A stretch of 60,238 bases of DNA, taken from positions 1-60,238 of the forward strand of contig JBDRIV010000003.1 of NCBI GenBank assembly GCA_043815505.1, written 5' to 3'. Each line of letters starts with the position of its first letter. The stretch's first letter is position 1. The translations under genes were made by a program, and so were the position numbers. The stretch is from a bacterium (GTDB taxonomy: Bacteria; Patescibacteriota; JABMPQ01; JBDRIV01). The notes beneath the pieces are model-generated. The model was not told where the DNA came from, searched no databases, and was given only the letters and a program-made list of their open reading frames with translations. Shown here one piece after another: positions 8,109 to 16,475 of the stretch.

Positions 8109-8129
8109 CCTGTGAAACAGGTTTTTTTT
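8109..8129 (+). terminator. Orphan terminator-like hairpin (CCTGT-GAA-ACAGG + T8)
   Basis: Short stem followed by eight T on the + strand. No + strand ORF lies upstream. Confidence 0.35.
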
Positions 8130-8207
8130 ATTTCCTAATTCAAAGGGTCCTAATATTTATGCATTTTTATTTTAATTCCCTTTTTTTATTTTTTAGTTTA
8201 ACAAAAT

Positions 8208-8828
8208 TTATTTATTATCTTTATTTATTTTGGCAACTTTTTCTAAATAAGAAAACTTTCCCTTTTTAAAATATAAATAACCGATGGCAGCTACAATTAG
8301 TGCTCCGACAAAATTAAAAACTATATCCCACATAGTATCATCTAAACTGTTTCTTTGAGCATCCGTACCAATAGTTTTATCCAGTGTGAATTCTAAAATT
8401 TCCCAAATTGTTCCCGCCGTCATGGCCAAGGCTAAAGCAAAGAACGCTACAAAGACTGGGCTTAAAACAATATGAGTTTTTTCCAAACGCGTTAGTGTTA
8501 AAATCCAAAACAAACCAATAAATCCCATTACAATTCCCGAGAGGCCGTGTAAAATTAAATCCCACCACCAAATTTTCCAATACCAAGCAGTAACATCTCC
8601 TAAAAATAAGGAAGCAAAAACAAAAATAAGAAATGCTATTTGAAAACTGGGAGGAATGAAAAATTTAGTTCGTTTGATAATAACAAAAGGAATGTAAGTT
8701 AGAAACAGTGCCACCGCCGAAAAAAACAAATCGTACCAATCTTGCTTGATGGCACTAATAATAATGGCACTAATGTAAAGCACATAAAGCAGACCAGCGA
8801 TTATTTTTTCATATTTATAACTTCGCAT
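8208..8828 (-). CDS. Integral membrane protein (about 6 TM helices), family not assigned
   Basis: 206 aa, strongly hydrophobic. Confidence 0.75.
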   Translation of the reverse strand: MRSYKYEKIIAGLLYVLYISAIIISAIKQDWYDLFFSAVALFLTYIPFVIIKRTKFFIPPSFQIAFLIFVFASLFLGDVTAWYWKIWWWDLILHGLSGIVMGFIGLFWILTLTRLEKTHIVLSPVFVAFFALALAMTAGTIWEILEFTLDKTIGTDAQRNSLDDTMWDIVFNFVGALIVAAIGYLYFKKGKFSYLEKVAKINKDNK

Positions 8829-8835
8829 TATTATA

Positions 8836-9150
8836 TTATTTTTTGTGCCGGATGCTTTCCAATTTTCTAACTTGGGCTACTAATTTCTCTAGTGCAAAGT
8901 CAACTGATTTTAAAAGCTTATGGCTAGTTTCTTCTGCCAGCAGTCTATCTTTTGGCATATCAAGATTGTATTTCACTGCGTACGCGTTGTGTTTCTCAAA
9001 TCTCTCAATAGAAACTTTTAGATTGGAATTTTCATAATTACCGTGCTGTAATAATCTATTTAGGGCGTTCAGTTTTTTTTCTTCTAAATGTTTTTTTACA
9101 ATTTTCTTTTCATTATCATCAATGTTCTGAAAATAATATTGGATGTTCAT
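8836..9150 (-). CDS. hpf: Ribosome hibernation promoting factor / RaiA-like protein
   Basis: 104 aa. The C-terminal AEETSHKLLKSVDFALEKLVAQVRK resembles the HPF/sigma-54 modulation protein family. Confidence 0.6.
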   Translation of the reverse strand: MNIQYYFQNIDDNEKKIVKKHLEEKKLNALNRLLQHGNYENSNLKVSIERFEKHNAYAVKYNLDMPKDRLLAEETSHKLLKSVDFALEKLVAQVRKLESIRHKK

Positions 9151-9398
9151 TTTTTACTCCTTAATTTAATTATCATATTTGTTATAGCCAGAATAACACC
9201 GACTGCAAGTAGACTATACCCTATTACGCTATTTTCGTTAAATACAATTCCAGCCGCAATAAAAACAAAAGCTAGGGAAGAAAATATGCTGAATTTAACT
9301 GGTTCCTTTCGACGCACAAAAACAATGAATGCTGCGGTGAGAATTACAAACGACATGATGGCAATTGAAATGTATGGTATGGTCATATTATTTTTCAA
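9147..9398 (-). CDS. Small membrane protein (2-3 TM)
   Basis: 83 aa, hydrophobic. It overlaps both neighbours, which suggests translational coupling. Confidence 0.6.
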   Translation of the reverse strand: MKNNMTIPYISIAIMSFVILTAAFIVFVRRKEPVKFSIFSSLAFVFIAAGIVFNENSVIGYSLLAVGVILAITNMIIKLRSKK

Positions 9399-9954
9399 TT
9401 ACAATATATTTTTCTTCGGGAATCAGTTTAATTTCTAAATCTTCGCCAAATTGTTTTAGTTTCTCCAATCTATCATCAATATTCTTTGAATAATGACAAA
9501 TTATTTTAAAAGGGAAAATTCCTAATCCCTCATTATATGTATTGGAATCATTGCCATGATAGTATTTTGCCAAAACCAAAGCACCAGCTGAAGACCCAAC
9601 AACAACTTTGTTTTTCCATAGTTGCGTTAAATTTGGTACTGCTGAAAGTTTTTTAAGAAGCTTTAACGACCTGCCTCCAATCATATAGATCACATCAGCT
9701 TCTTGTATTTGTTTTGATAAAAGTTCTATATTTTTATTCGCTAAAATGAATTCTAGTTCTTTGTCATTAACAATTTCTGAGAAATGATCTTTAACTTTAT
9801 TAAACTTTTCATCCCACCTTTCTTTTTCAGCAGCAAAACAAATCACAAGAACATTTATTGGTTCTTCCAAACCTTTTACTATTTCTAAATAATATTTTTT
9901 GTTGCTGGTGGATCTTTTAGTTGCATATCCACCATGTAAAATGTATTTGGTCAT
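9388..9954 (-). CDS. Peptidase S51 (dipeptidase E)-like protein
   Basis: ILHGG... and VVVGSSAGALV (nucleophile elbow). The ORF track start at 10023 is a GTG only 33 bp from the divergent gene, so I prefer the ATG at 9954. Confidence 0.55.
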   Translation of the reverse strand: MTKYILHGGYATKRSTSNKKYYLEIVKGLEEPINVLVICFAAEKERWDEKFNKVKDHFSEIVNDKELEFILANKNIELLSKQIQEADVIYMIGGRSLKLLKKLSAVPNLTQLWKNKVVVGSSAGALVLAKYYHGNDSNTYNEGLGIFPFKIICHYSKNIDDRLEKLKQFGEDLEIKLIPEEKYIVIEK

Positions 9955-10056
9955 AATTAAAATACTATCTACTTCTATTCTACCCGCAAATCCCCCTTTC
10001 AGCAACTTTGACGTTCTAAGCACATTTGTTATGATTAAGCCATAAATTAAAATGGT

Positions 10057-12180
10057 ATGAATAAAATATTTAAAAATAAATATTTTTTGAGCGGTTTGGT
10101 TTTAGTGATATTTTTGCTGATATTTTTTTATCAGCCAAATTTTTATAACCGCACTTTAGTGCCTCTCGACATTTTGCAAGAATTTGATTCTGTTTATAAA
10201 GTTCAAGATTTTCAGAGTCATAACTTTTTGCTCAGTGATATCGTTGATCAGTTTTATCCCAATAATTATTTTCTAAAAGAAAGTTTAAGCCAAGGAGAAA
10301 TTCCTTTTTGGAATCCGCACATTTTAATGGGCACGCCATTTTTGGCCGATAGTCAAACGGGAATTTTTGAATTTACTCATTTACTATCTTATATTTTTGA
10401 AATTTCCGCTCTTAACCTCCCTCTTTTTTCTGCTCTGATTTTACTTTTCATTTTGGGATTTTCTTTTCTATTATATTTACGCAATTTGAAAATTTCGTGG
10501 CTGGTATCGATTTTTGGCGCTGTGGTTTTAATGTTTTCTGGCACCATAATTGTTTGGTTAGATTATCCTTTAGTAGCGGCCTTTGTGTGGTTGCCGTTAT
10601 TGCTTTTTTGTATTGATAAAATTGCTGTAGTCAAAAACCTCCGCTTTCTACCGCTTTTAGCAATTGTTATTTGTATCTCATTTTTAGCCGGTTATCCGCA
10701 AATTGCTGTTTTGAATTTAGCCTTGTCCGGAATTTATTTTTTACTTCGTGCTTGGCAAAAGAATTTATTCAAAACAAAAATATTTTCTTTAACTTTAATT
10801 TTTCTTTTGCTTGGGGTAGCCTTAAGTGCCTGGCAAACTGGTCCATCTTGGGACTTCATTCAACAAAGCCAGGCGGGAGAAACGGGACGCGGTTCAGCTA
10901 TCACCAACTCTTTTACTGAAGAAGCAAGTGGTCAGTTTAACAACTTAAAAAGTACTTTCAAAAATGGCTGGGAAAGAACAAAAGATTTTGCTGGTTTAGC
11001 CTTTTCGCCTAAACATTTTGGTTCGCCGGTGGAAAGAGATTACCGCGATCCCGGCAACGATCGTTTTGCCAATTTTAGTGAAGTGGCAATCTATTCTGGA
11101 TTATTTACAATTCTTTTAGCCATCACCAGTTTAATTTGGATTAGAAAAAAACAGATTATACTTTTTTGGCTGACTATAATAATTGTTTCCTTTTCTTTGT
11201 TTGCCAATTTACCTTTTCTGAATTTGCTGAAATATTTACCAATGCTAAATAAAATTTCTCTTAATCGCTTGCGTTTGTATTTTGTTCTGGCGATTGTAAT
11301 GCTAGCAGTTTATGCTTTACAAAAAATATATCTTTTCCTTAAAAAAACAAAAGCCAGTGCTGCTCAAGTTATTGTAGTTTGTTTAATAATTCTAAGTTTC
11401 GCCAATTTATTCTATTTTTATCACGATTATAATTTGGGCAACGAAAAAGAAACTGCCATTTTTTCTAATCCCGCTGTTCAATTTTTGCAAGACAATACAG
11501 AATACGAACGTGTTACCGGCCTCAGTTTACCAGATCAAGGATTTCGTTCTCCCCTAATTCCCAATACCAGCACCCTTTTCAATCTTTACGATATTCGCGG
11601 TTATAATCCCATAAAAAACAAAGAATTTACCAATTTTGCTGACGCAAATTTATCTGCCAGCGGATCTTTCACTTTAACTGACAACAAAGTGAGTAGTGAA
11701 ACTTTATCTCAGCTGAGTGTGAAATATGCTGTTTGCGCGCCCGATGTTTGTAATTTGGCAGAAAATAATTGGCAAGAAGTTTATGCTGATGAAAATGTTA
11801 AGATTTGGGAAAATCCAGAATTTTATCCCCGCGCCTATTTAGCAGACGCCAACTTAAAGCCAATTAAAAAAGCAGACATTTTAGAATATTCTGCTAATAA
11901 GGTTTTGGTGCGCGCAGAAACTGATAATTCAGAGTTATTAGTTCTAACTGATGCTTATGATGATGGCTGGCAAGCTTTAGTTAATAATGAAAAAGTTGAG
12001 GTGGAAAGAGTTGGTGATGTTTTCCGCGGTGTGCAAGTTCCTGAGGGCGTAAGTGAAATTGAATTTTCCTATTTGCCCTCACATTTCTATTGGTATTTAG
12101 GAATTTCTTTTGGCAGTTTACTTGCCTTACTTGTTTTGAGTTGGTGGTTTTGTTTTCGATGCAAGATAGATAAAAAATAG
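10057..12180 (+). CDS. YfhO-like polytopic membrane protein (putative glycosyltransferase)
   Basis: 707 aa with many TM helices followed by an extracytoplasmic C-terminal domain and a final TM helix. Confidence 0.6.
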   Translation: MNKIFKNKYFLSGLVLVIFLLIFFYQPNFYNRTLVPLDILQEFDSVYKVQDFQSHNFLLSDIVDQFYPNNYFLKESLSQGEIPFWNPHILMGTPFLADSQTGIFEFTHLLSYIFEISALNLPLFSALILLFILGFSFLLYLRNLKISWLVSIFGAVVLMFSGTIIVWLDYPLVAAFVWLPLLLFCIDKIAVVKNLRFLPLLAIVICISFLAGYPQIAVLNLALSGIYFLLRAWQKNLFKTKIFSLTLIFLLLGVALSAWQTGPSWDFIQQSQAGETGRGSAITNSFTEEASGQFNNLKSTFKNGWERTKDFAGLAFSPKHFGSPVERDYRDPGNDRFANFSEVAIYSGLFTILLAITSLIWIRKKQIILFWLTIIIVSFSLFANLPFLNLLKYLPMLNKISLNRLRLYFVLAIVMLAVYALQKIYLFLKKTKASAAQVIVVCLIILSFANLFYFYHDYNLGNEKETAIFSNPAVQFLQDNTEYERVTGLSLPDQGFRSPLIPNTSTLFNLYDIRGYNPIKNKEFTNFADANLSASGSFTLTDNKVSSETLSQLSVKYAVCAPDVCNLAENNWQEVYADENVKIWENPEFYPRAYLADANLKPIKKADILEYSANKVLVRAETDNSELLVLTDAYDDGWQALVNNEKVEVERVGDVFRGVQVPEGVSEIEFSYLPSHFYWYLGISFGSLLALLVLSWWFCFRCKIDKK

Positions 12181-12205
12181 TATTTTATTACAATTTCTAT
12201 TCTTG

Positions 12206-12280
12206 GCGGAGAGGGCGAGATTCTCCTTCGACAAGCTCAGGATCACCCTTTGGGTGGGAACTCTCGATACCGTGAGGTAT
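12206..12280 (-). pseudogene. Partial copy of the tRNA-Ser 3' part (variable arm to 3' end) with a 38-nt insertion in the T-loop position
   Basis: gcggagagggcgagatt and ctctcgataccgtgaggtat match the intact gene at 12295-12335. CGAA is replaced by an insert containing GGATCACCCTTTGGGTG. Confidence 0.6.
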
Positions 12281-12294
12281 TTATTTCTTCTGTG

Positions 12295-12379
12295 CGGAGA
12301 GGGCGAGATTCGAACTCGCGATACCGTGAGGTATACTTGCTTTCCAAGCAAGCGCACTAGGCCACTATGCGACCTCTCC
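12295..12379 (-). tRNA. tRNA-Ser (anticodon GGA), no encoded CCA
   Basis: Acceptor GGAGAGG/CCTCTCC, anticodon stem CTTGC/GCAAG with loop TTGGAAA, long variable arm, T arm GCGAG-TTCGAAT-CTCGC. Confidence 0.9.
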
Positions 12380-12433
12380 ACACAAAAGAAATATTGAGTT
12401 TTCTCCCCCTACGGGGGATCACCCTTTGGGTGA

Positions 12434-12468
12434 CAAGCGAGCGCACTAGGCCACTATGCGACCTCTCT
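12434..12468 (-). pseudogene. Partial copy of the tRNA-Ser 5' part (acceptor to anticodon stem)
   Basis: 35 nt nearly identical to 12345-12379. It is fused to a second copy of GGATCACCCTTTGGGTG (12416-12432). Confidence 0.6.
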
Positions 12469-12525
12469 AAAAAACACAAATTAAGAACTTATCTCGATCT
12501 TGTCGAGAGACTCTCTTAGTTAAAC

Positions 12526-12585
12526 AAAAAAACCCTTGTTTGACAAGTAAAAACATTCCGACATTCTTGCGAATGTCAGAATGTT
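12526..12585 (-). terminator. Tandem hairpin terminator after the cbiM-PDGLE operon
   Basis: On the minus strand there is a 15-bp stem (12552-12566/12571-12585, one G-U), then CTTGT-CAA-ACAAG-GG-TTTTTTT. Confidence 0.7.
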
Positions 12586-12604
12586 CAAAATATTTTTTTG
12601 ATTA

Positions 12605-12886
12605 CTATTTTAATTTACGGAACATCAATTTTCCTCCACCCCATAAAACAGTGAAAGTTAACAAGGTTCCAGCCACACTGGCCAAGGCAGACGCCAAGAT
12701 TTCGTTACCCATACCAGGAATTACATAATCGGGCATAATATTTATTATCGCTTCACGCGCATTATTTACAAAGCCTATTTCTTCTGCTGCAGCTTCTAGC
12801 CCGTCCGGCCAAGCGGAAGCAAAAAGAGAAACAAAACCAGCGATAAACAAAGCGGCTAAAAATACGTAAACCCATTTATAATTCAT
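12605..12886 (-). CDS. PDGLE domain protein (CbiN-like ECF transporter accessory subunit)
   Basis: 93 aa with the WPDGLE motif and two TM helices. It overlaps the cbiM stop. Confidence 0.8.
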   Translation of the reverse strand: MNYKWVYVFLAALFIAGFVSLFASAWPDGLEAAAEEIGFVNNAREAIINIMPDYVIPGMGNEILASALASVAGTLLTFTVLWGGGKLMFRKLK

Positions 12887-13616
12887 CTTTTTTCTTTAAG
12901 AAAAAATGCAACTTCATCCCTTGCTTTTTCAACAATAACAAAACCACGGTGGTAATTACAGCTTCCAACAAACCAATTAAAACATGAGACTTCAACATTG
13001 GTGGAATAATTTCTTTTAAGCTAGCTGTACCAGACAAAGAAATTTCTATTGAAGCTAAAAGCGCCGCCACGACCACCACGCACCAAGAAGCCATAAAAAT
13101 TGCTATAGAGAATCCACGTTTGCTTTTAAATGTTTTGCGTAAATAAAAAGCTAACCAATATCCAAAAACAGAACCAACCAAACCCATATTAATAATGTTA
13201 GCACCGAGTGCCAGTAAACCGCCGTCAGCAAAAAATACAGATTGCACAATCAAAACTGAAGCAATGACAATTAAACCAAGCGAAGGTCCTAAAACTGCTG
13301 CCGCCAAAACGCCACCTATTAAATGACCACTCACTCCTGGCAACACCGGCAAATTGATCATTTGCGTGGCAAACACAAAAGAACCAATTACTGCCATTTT
13401 GGCAATCTGGCTTTGGCCGTATTTGGTTAAACGAGTTTGCACACTCACATCGAAACTTCCAATGTTAGATTCGGTAGCAAATTTCTGTTGCAGAACTTTA
13501 ACGCGAGCAAAAAAACTTTTTTTAGCGCGATTAACGGCAACTGATAAAGCGGCCACCGCAACGGCAATTAAACCAAAACTTGGCCCATCTCCTAAAAATC
13601 CATCTGGTAAATGCAT
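12876..13616 (-). CDS. cbiM: Cobalt/nickel ECF transporter substrate-capture subunit CbiM/NikM
   Basis: 246 aa. MHLPDGFL N-terminus and a polytopic membrane profile. Confidence 0.85.
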   Translation of the reverse strand: MHLPDGFLGDGPSFGLIAVAVAALSVAVNRAKKSFFARVKVLQQKFATESNIGSFDVSVQTRLTKYGQSQIAKMAVIGSFVFATQMINLPVLPGVSGHLIGGVLAAAVLGPSLGLIVIASVLIVQSVFFADGGLLALGANIINMGLVGSVFGYWLAFYLRKTFKSKRGFSIAIFMASWCVVVVAALLASIEISLSGTASLKEIIPPMLKSHVLIGLLEAVITTVVLLLLKKQGMKLHFFLKKKDEL

Positions 13617-13641
13617 AAAGTAATTATATTAATTTGAAATT

Positions 13642-13663
13642 AGAAGCGCCGGTTGGCGCTTCT
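13642..13663 (-). terminator. Hairpin (9-bp perfect stem AGAAGCGCC / GGCGCTTCT) just after the upstream stop
   Basis: GC-rich stem 3 nt downstream of the 13666 stop. The tail is only moderately U-rich. Confidence 0.45.
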
Positions 13664-13665
13664 AT

Positions 13666-13989
13666 TTAAAGGATTGAGAATCTCTCAATAAATCTGTATC
13701 CTTGCATGGTTAGAGCATAATATCCTCCTCCTCGATGAATAATGAAAGCAAAAGAATGTATTAGATAATTCCATTCATCTTCATAATGCTCATTTGGGAT
13801 AATGTCCCATTTTTTGAAAATGTGCCATTCTTCTTTTTGTTGACAGAAATCAATAATCCTACCTAATAGAATAAAAACAGTTTTATTACAAGTAATGGGT
13901 CGCCCAAGACGAATTACATTAGGTGTCACAACTTCTCTCGTTCTCCTTCCTAAAATCGGATCTTTTCTGTCAGCAAACCATTCTTTCAT
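13666..13989 (-). CDS. Hypothetical protein
   Basis: 107 aa. AAGGAG Shine-Dalgarno upstream. No recognisable family. Confidence 0.65.
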   Translation of the reverse strand: MKEWFADRKDPILGRRTREVVTPNVIRLGRPITCNKTVFILLGRIIDFCQQKEEWHIFKKWDIIPNEHYEDEWNYLIHSFAFIIHRGGGYYALTMQGYRFIERFSIL

Positions 13990-14064
13990 TTTCTTTCTCC
14001 TTATATTAAGGTGCCTATTTATTATTTTACCAAAAGTTTGTATAAATCCAGACCTTTAGTCAAT

Positions 14065-16455
14065 TTAGCGTTTTTTTACTTTGTCTTCTTTTTTCTTTAC
14101 AAGAATCGTGGTGGGTAAAATTGTATCGGGGTTAAGCGACATACTGTCAATTCCAGCTTCAACTAAGAATTCGGCAAATTCTGGAAAGTCAGATGGTGCT
14201 TGACCGCAGATTCCCACTTTGGTTTTATTTTTCTTAGCAGTGTTAATCAACATGCGTACCAAAGTTTTTACCGCTTCATTGCGCTCATCATACAAATAGC
14301 TGACCAATTCGGAATCTCTGTCTAAACCAAGAGTTAATTGAGTAAGATCGTTTGATCCAATGGAGAAACCATCAAACAATTTGGCAAAACCTTCAGCTAA
14401 AATTACATTGGATGGAATTTCGGCCATGACATAAACTTCCAAACTTTTTTGACCACGCACTAAGCCAAATTCTTTCAAAACATCGAGAATTTTTTGTCCT
14501 TCTTCTAAAGTTCGGCAAAACGGAACCATAATTTTTACATTAGTCAGACCCATTTCTTCGCGCACTTTTTTTAGGGCTTGGCATTCCAATTCAAAAGCTG
14601 GTTTAAAGCTGGGTGTGTAATAGCGAGAAGCACCGCGCCAGCCAATCATAGGATTAGCTTCGGTTGGTTCAAAATTTTGACCACCAACTAGGGTGGCATA
14701 TTCATTTGATTTAAAGTCAGACAAACGAACAATTACGTCGCGAGGATAAAAAGCAGCAGCAATTTTTCCCACTCCTTCAGCCATTTTTTGCACAAAAAAT
14801 TCTTTGCGCGATTTATGACTTTTTGTTAGTTCATCAATTTTTTTCTTATCAATGTCAGAGATTTTATTGTAGTGAATTAAGGCAAGTGGATGAGCCCTAA
14901 TAACATTGGCAATTATAAATTCAATTCGACAAAGTCCCACACCGTCCGATGGTAGTTGCGCATCGTAATAAGCCGTATCAGGATTACCAGTATTAATCAT
15001 GATACTGGTTTTTGGTTTTTGGAAATTTTTCAAATTTGTTTTCTTGATTTCAAATGGTTGCAGACCGTTATAAACAAACCCAACATTTCCTTCGGCACAA
15101 GACACAGTAACTTTTTGTCCTTGCTTAATCTTTTTAGTTGCATCACCACAACCAACGATACAAGGAATTCCCAATTCGCGCGAAACAATAGCAGCATGTG
15201 AAGTTCTTCCCCCAGCATTAGTTACAATAGCTGAAGCAATCTTCATAATTGGCTCCCAATCGGGATCGGTTATTTCTGTCACCAACACTTGTCCTTTTTT
15301 GAAACCGCCAATATCTTTTACATCTTTTATTATATTGGCTGCACCCGCTCCAATTTTACTACCCACACTTTGTCCTTTACAAACAACCTTTCCTCTTTTT
15401 TTCATTTTATATTCTTCTAAAACTTTAGAAGTTGATGAGGCGTGAATTGTTTCGGGACGAGCTTGTACAATATATAATTTGTTATTTTTCCCATCCTTAG
15501 CCCATTCAATATCCATAGGACGCTTGTAGTGATTTTCTATTACTACTCCCCATTTAGCGAGCGTCATAATTTCTTTATCCGTTAAAACAAATTTTTTACG
15601 GTCATCTTTGGAAACCGGAACGTTTTTAGTTGGCGAATTTCCTTCCAAACTATAAATTAATTTTACTTTTTTCGAGCCAACAGTTTTTGTAACAATTGGT
15701 TTTAAGCCCGGCTTCATGTTGGGTTTAAAAACATGATACTCATCGGGATTAACCACACCTTTTACCACGTTTTCTCCCAGTCCATAAGCAGCATTAATTA
15801 AAACAATGTCTTCCAGGCCTGATTCTGTATCAATGGTAAACATTACGCCAGAAGCTGCTAGGTCGGAACGAACCATGTCCTGCACACCAACCGAAAGGGC
15901 AATGGAAAAATGATCAAAATCTTTGTCGGTACGATAGGAAATAGCACGATTTGTAAAGAGTGAGGATATACATTTTTTCGTTGCTTCAAGTACTCCATAA
16001 TCTCCCGTAATATTCAAATAGGTTTCCTGTTGACCAGCAAAAGAAGCGTCAGGCAAATCTTCAGCAGTCGCCGATGAACGCACAGCCACATCTACTGGTT
16101 TGCTACCAGATAGTTTTTTGTACGCTTTGGTAATTTCTGCTTCCAGTTCTGGTGGCAACTCTGCATTCAAAATTGTTTGGCGTACTCGGTAACCACGTTC
16201 TGAAAGATTTTTCATATCACCCGTATCTAGGTCAGACAAGATTTGTTTTATTTCATCTTGAATACCAGATTTTTTTAAGAAATACCTATAAGCATAAGCG
16301 GTTAAGGCAAAGCCATTAGGCACATTAATACCTTGCTTGGTAAGTTTTTGATACATCTCCCCCAGCGATGCATTTTTTCCTCCTACATACGGAACATCTT
16401 TGATTCCGAGTTCTGAAAACCAGAGTACAAATTTTTTCGATTTTGGTGTCGCCAT
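14065..16455 (-). CDS. ppsA: Phosphoenolpyruvate synthase (pyruvate, water dikinase)
   Basis: 796 aa. ATP-grasp N-terminus (VGGKNASLGEM), phosphohistidine swivel (GGRTSHAAIVSRELGIPCIVG) and a PEP-utilising C-terminus. Confidence 0.93.
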   Translation of the reverse strand: MATPKSKKFVLWFSELGIKDVPYVGGKNASLGEMYQKLTKQGINVPNGFALTAYAYRYFLKKSGIQDEIKQILSDLDTGDMKNLSERGYRVRQTILNAELPPELEAEITKAYKKLSGSKPVDVAVRSSATAEDLPDASFAGQQETYLNITGDYGVLEATKKCISSLFTNRAISYRTDKDFDHFSIALSVGVQDMVRSDLAASGVMFTIDTESGLEDIVLINAAYGLGENVVKGVVNPDEYHVFKPNMKPGLKPIVTKTVGSKKVKLIYSLEGNSPTKNVPVSKDDRKKFVLTDKEIMTLAKWGVVIENHYKRPMDIEWAKDGKNNKLYIVQARPETIHASSTSKVLEEYKMKKRGKVVCKGQSVGSKIGAGAANIIKDVKDIGGFKKGQVLVTEITDPDWEPIMKIASAIVTNAGGRTSHAAIVSRELGIPCIVGCGDATKKIKQGQKVTVSCAEGNVGFVYNGLQPFEIKKTNLKNFQKPKTSIMINTGNPDTAYYDAQLPSDGVGLCRIEFIIANVIRAHPLALIHYNKISDIDKKKIDELTKSHKSRKEFFVQKMAEGVGKIAAAFYPRDVIVRLSDFKSNEYATLVGGQNFEPTEANPMIGWRGASRYYTPSFKPAFELECQALKKVREEMGLTNVKIMVPFCRTLEEGQKILDVLKEFGLVRGQKSLEVYVMAEIPSNVILAEGFAKLFDGFSIGSNDLTQLTLGLDRDSELVSYLYDERNEAVKTLVRMLINTAKKNKTKVGICGQAPSDFPEFAEFLVEAGIDSMSLNPDTILPTTILVKKKEDKVKKR

Positions 16456-16475
16456 TTTGTCAATTTAAATAATAT

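Noticed and set aside
12127-12397. Two ORFs (84 aa minus strand, 64 aa plus strand) across the tRNA-Ser locus
   Set aside because: Both are translations of tRNA-Ser and its partial copies.
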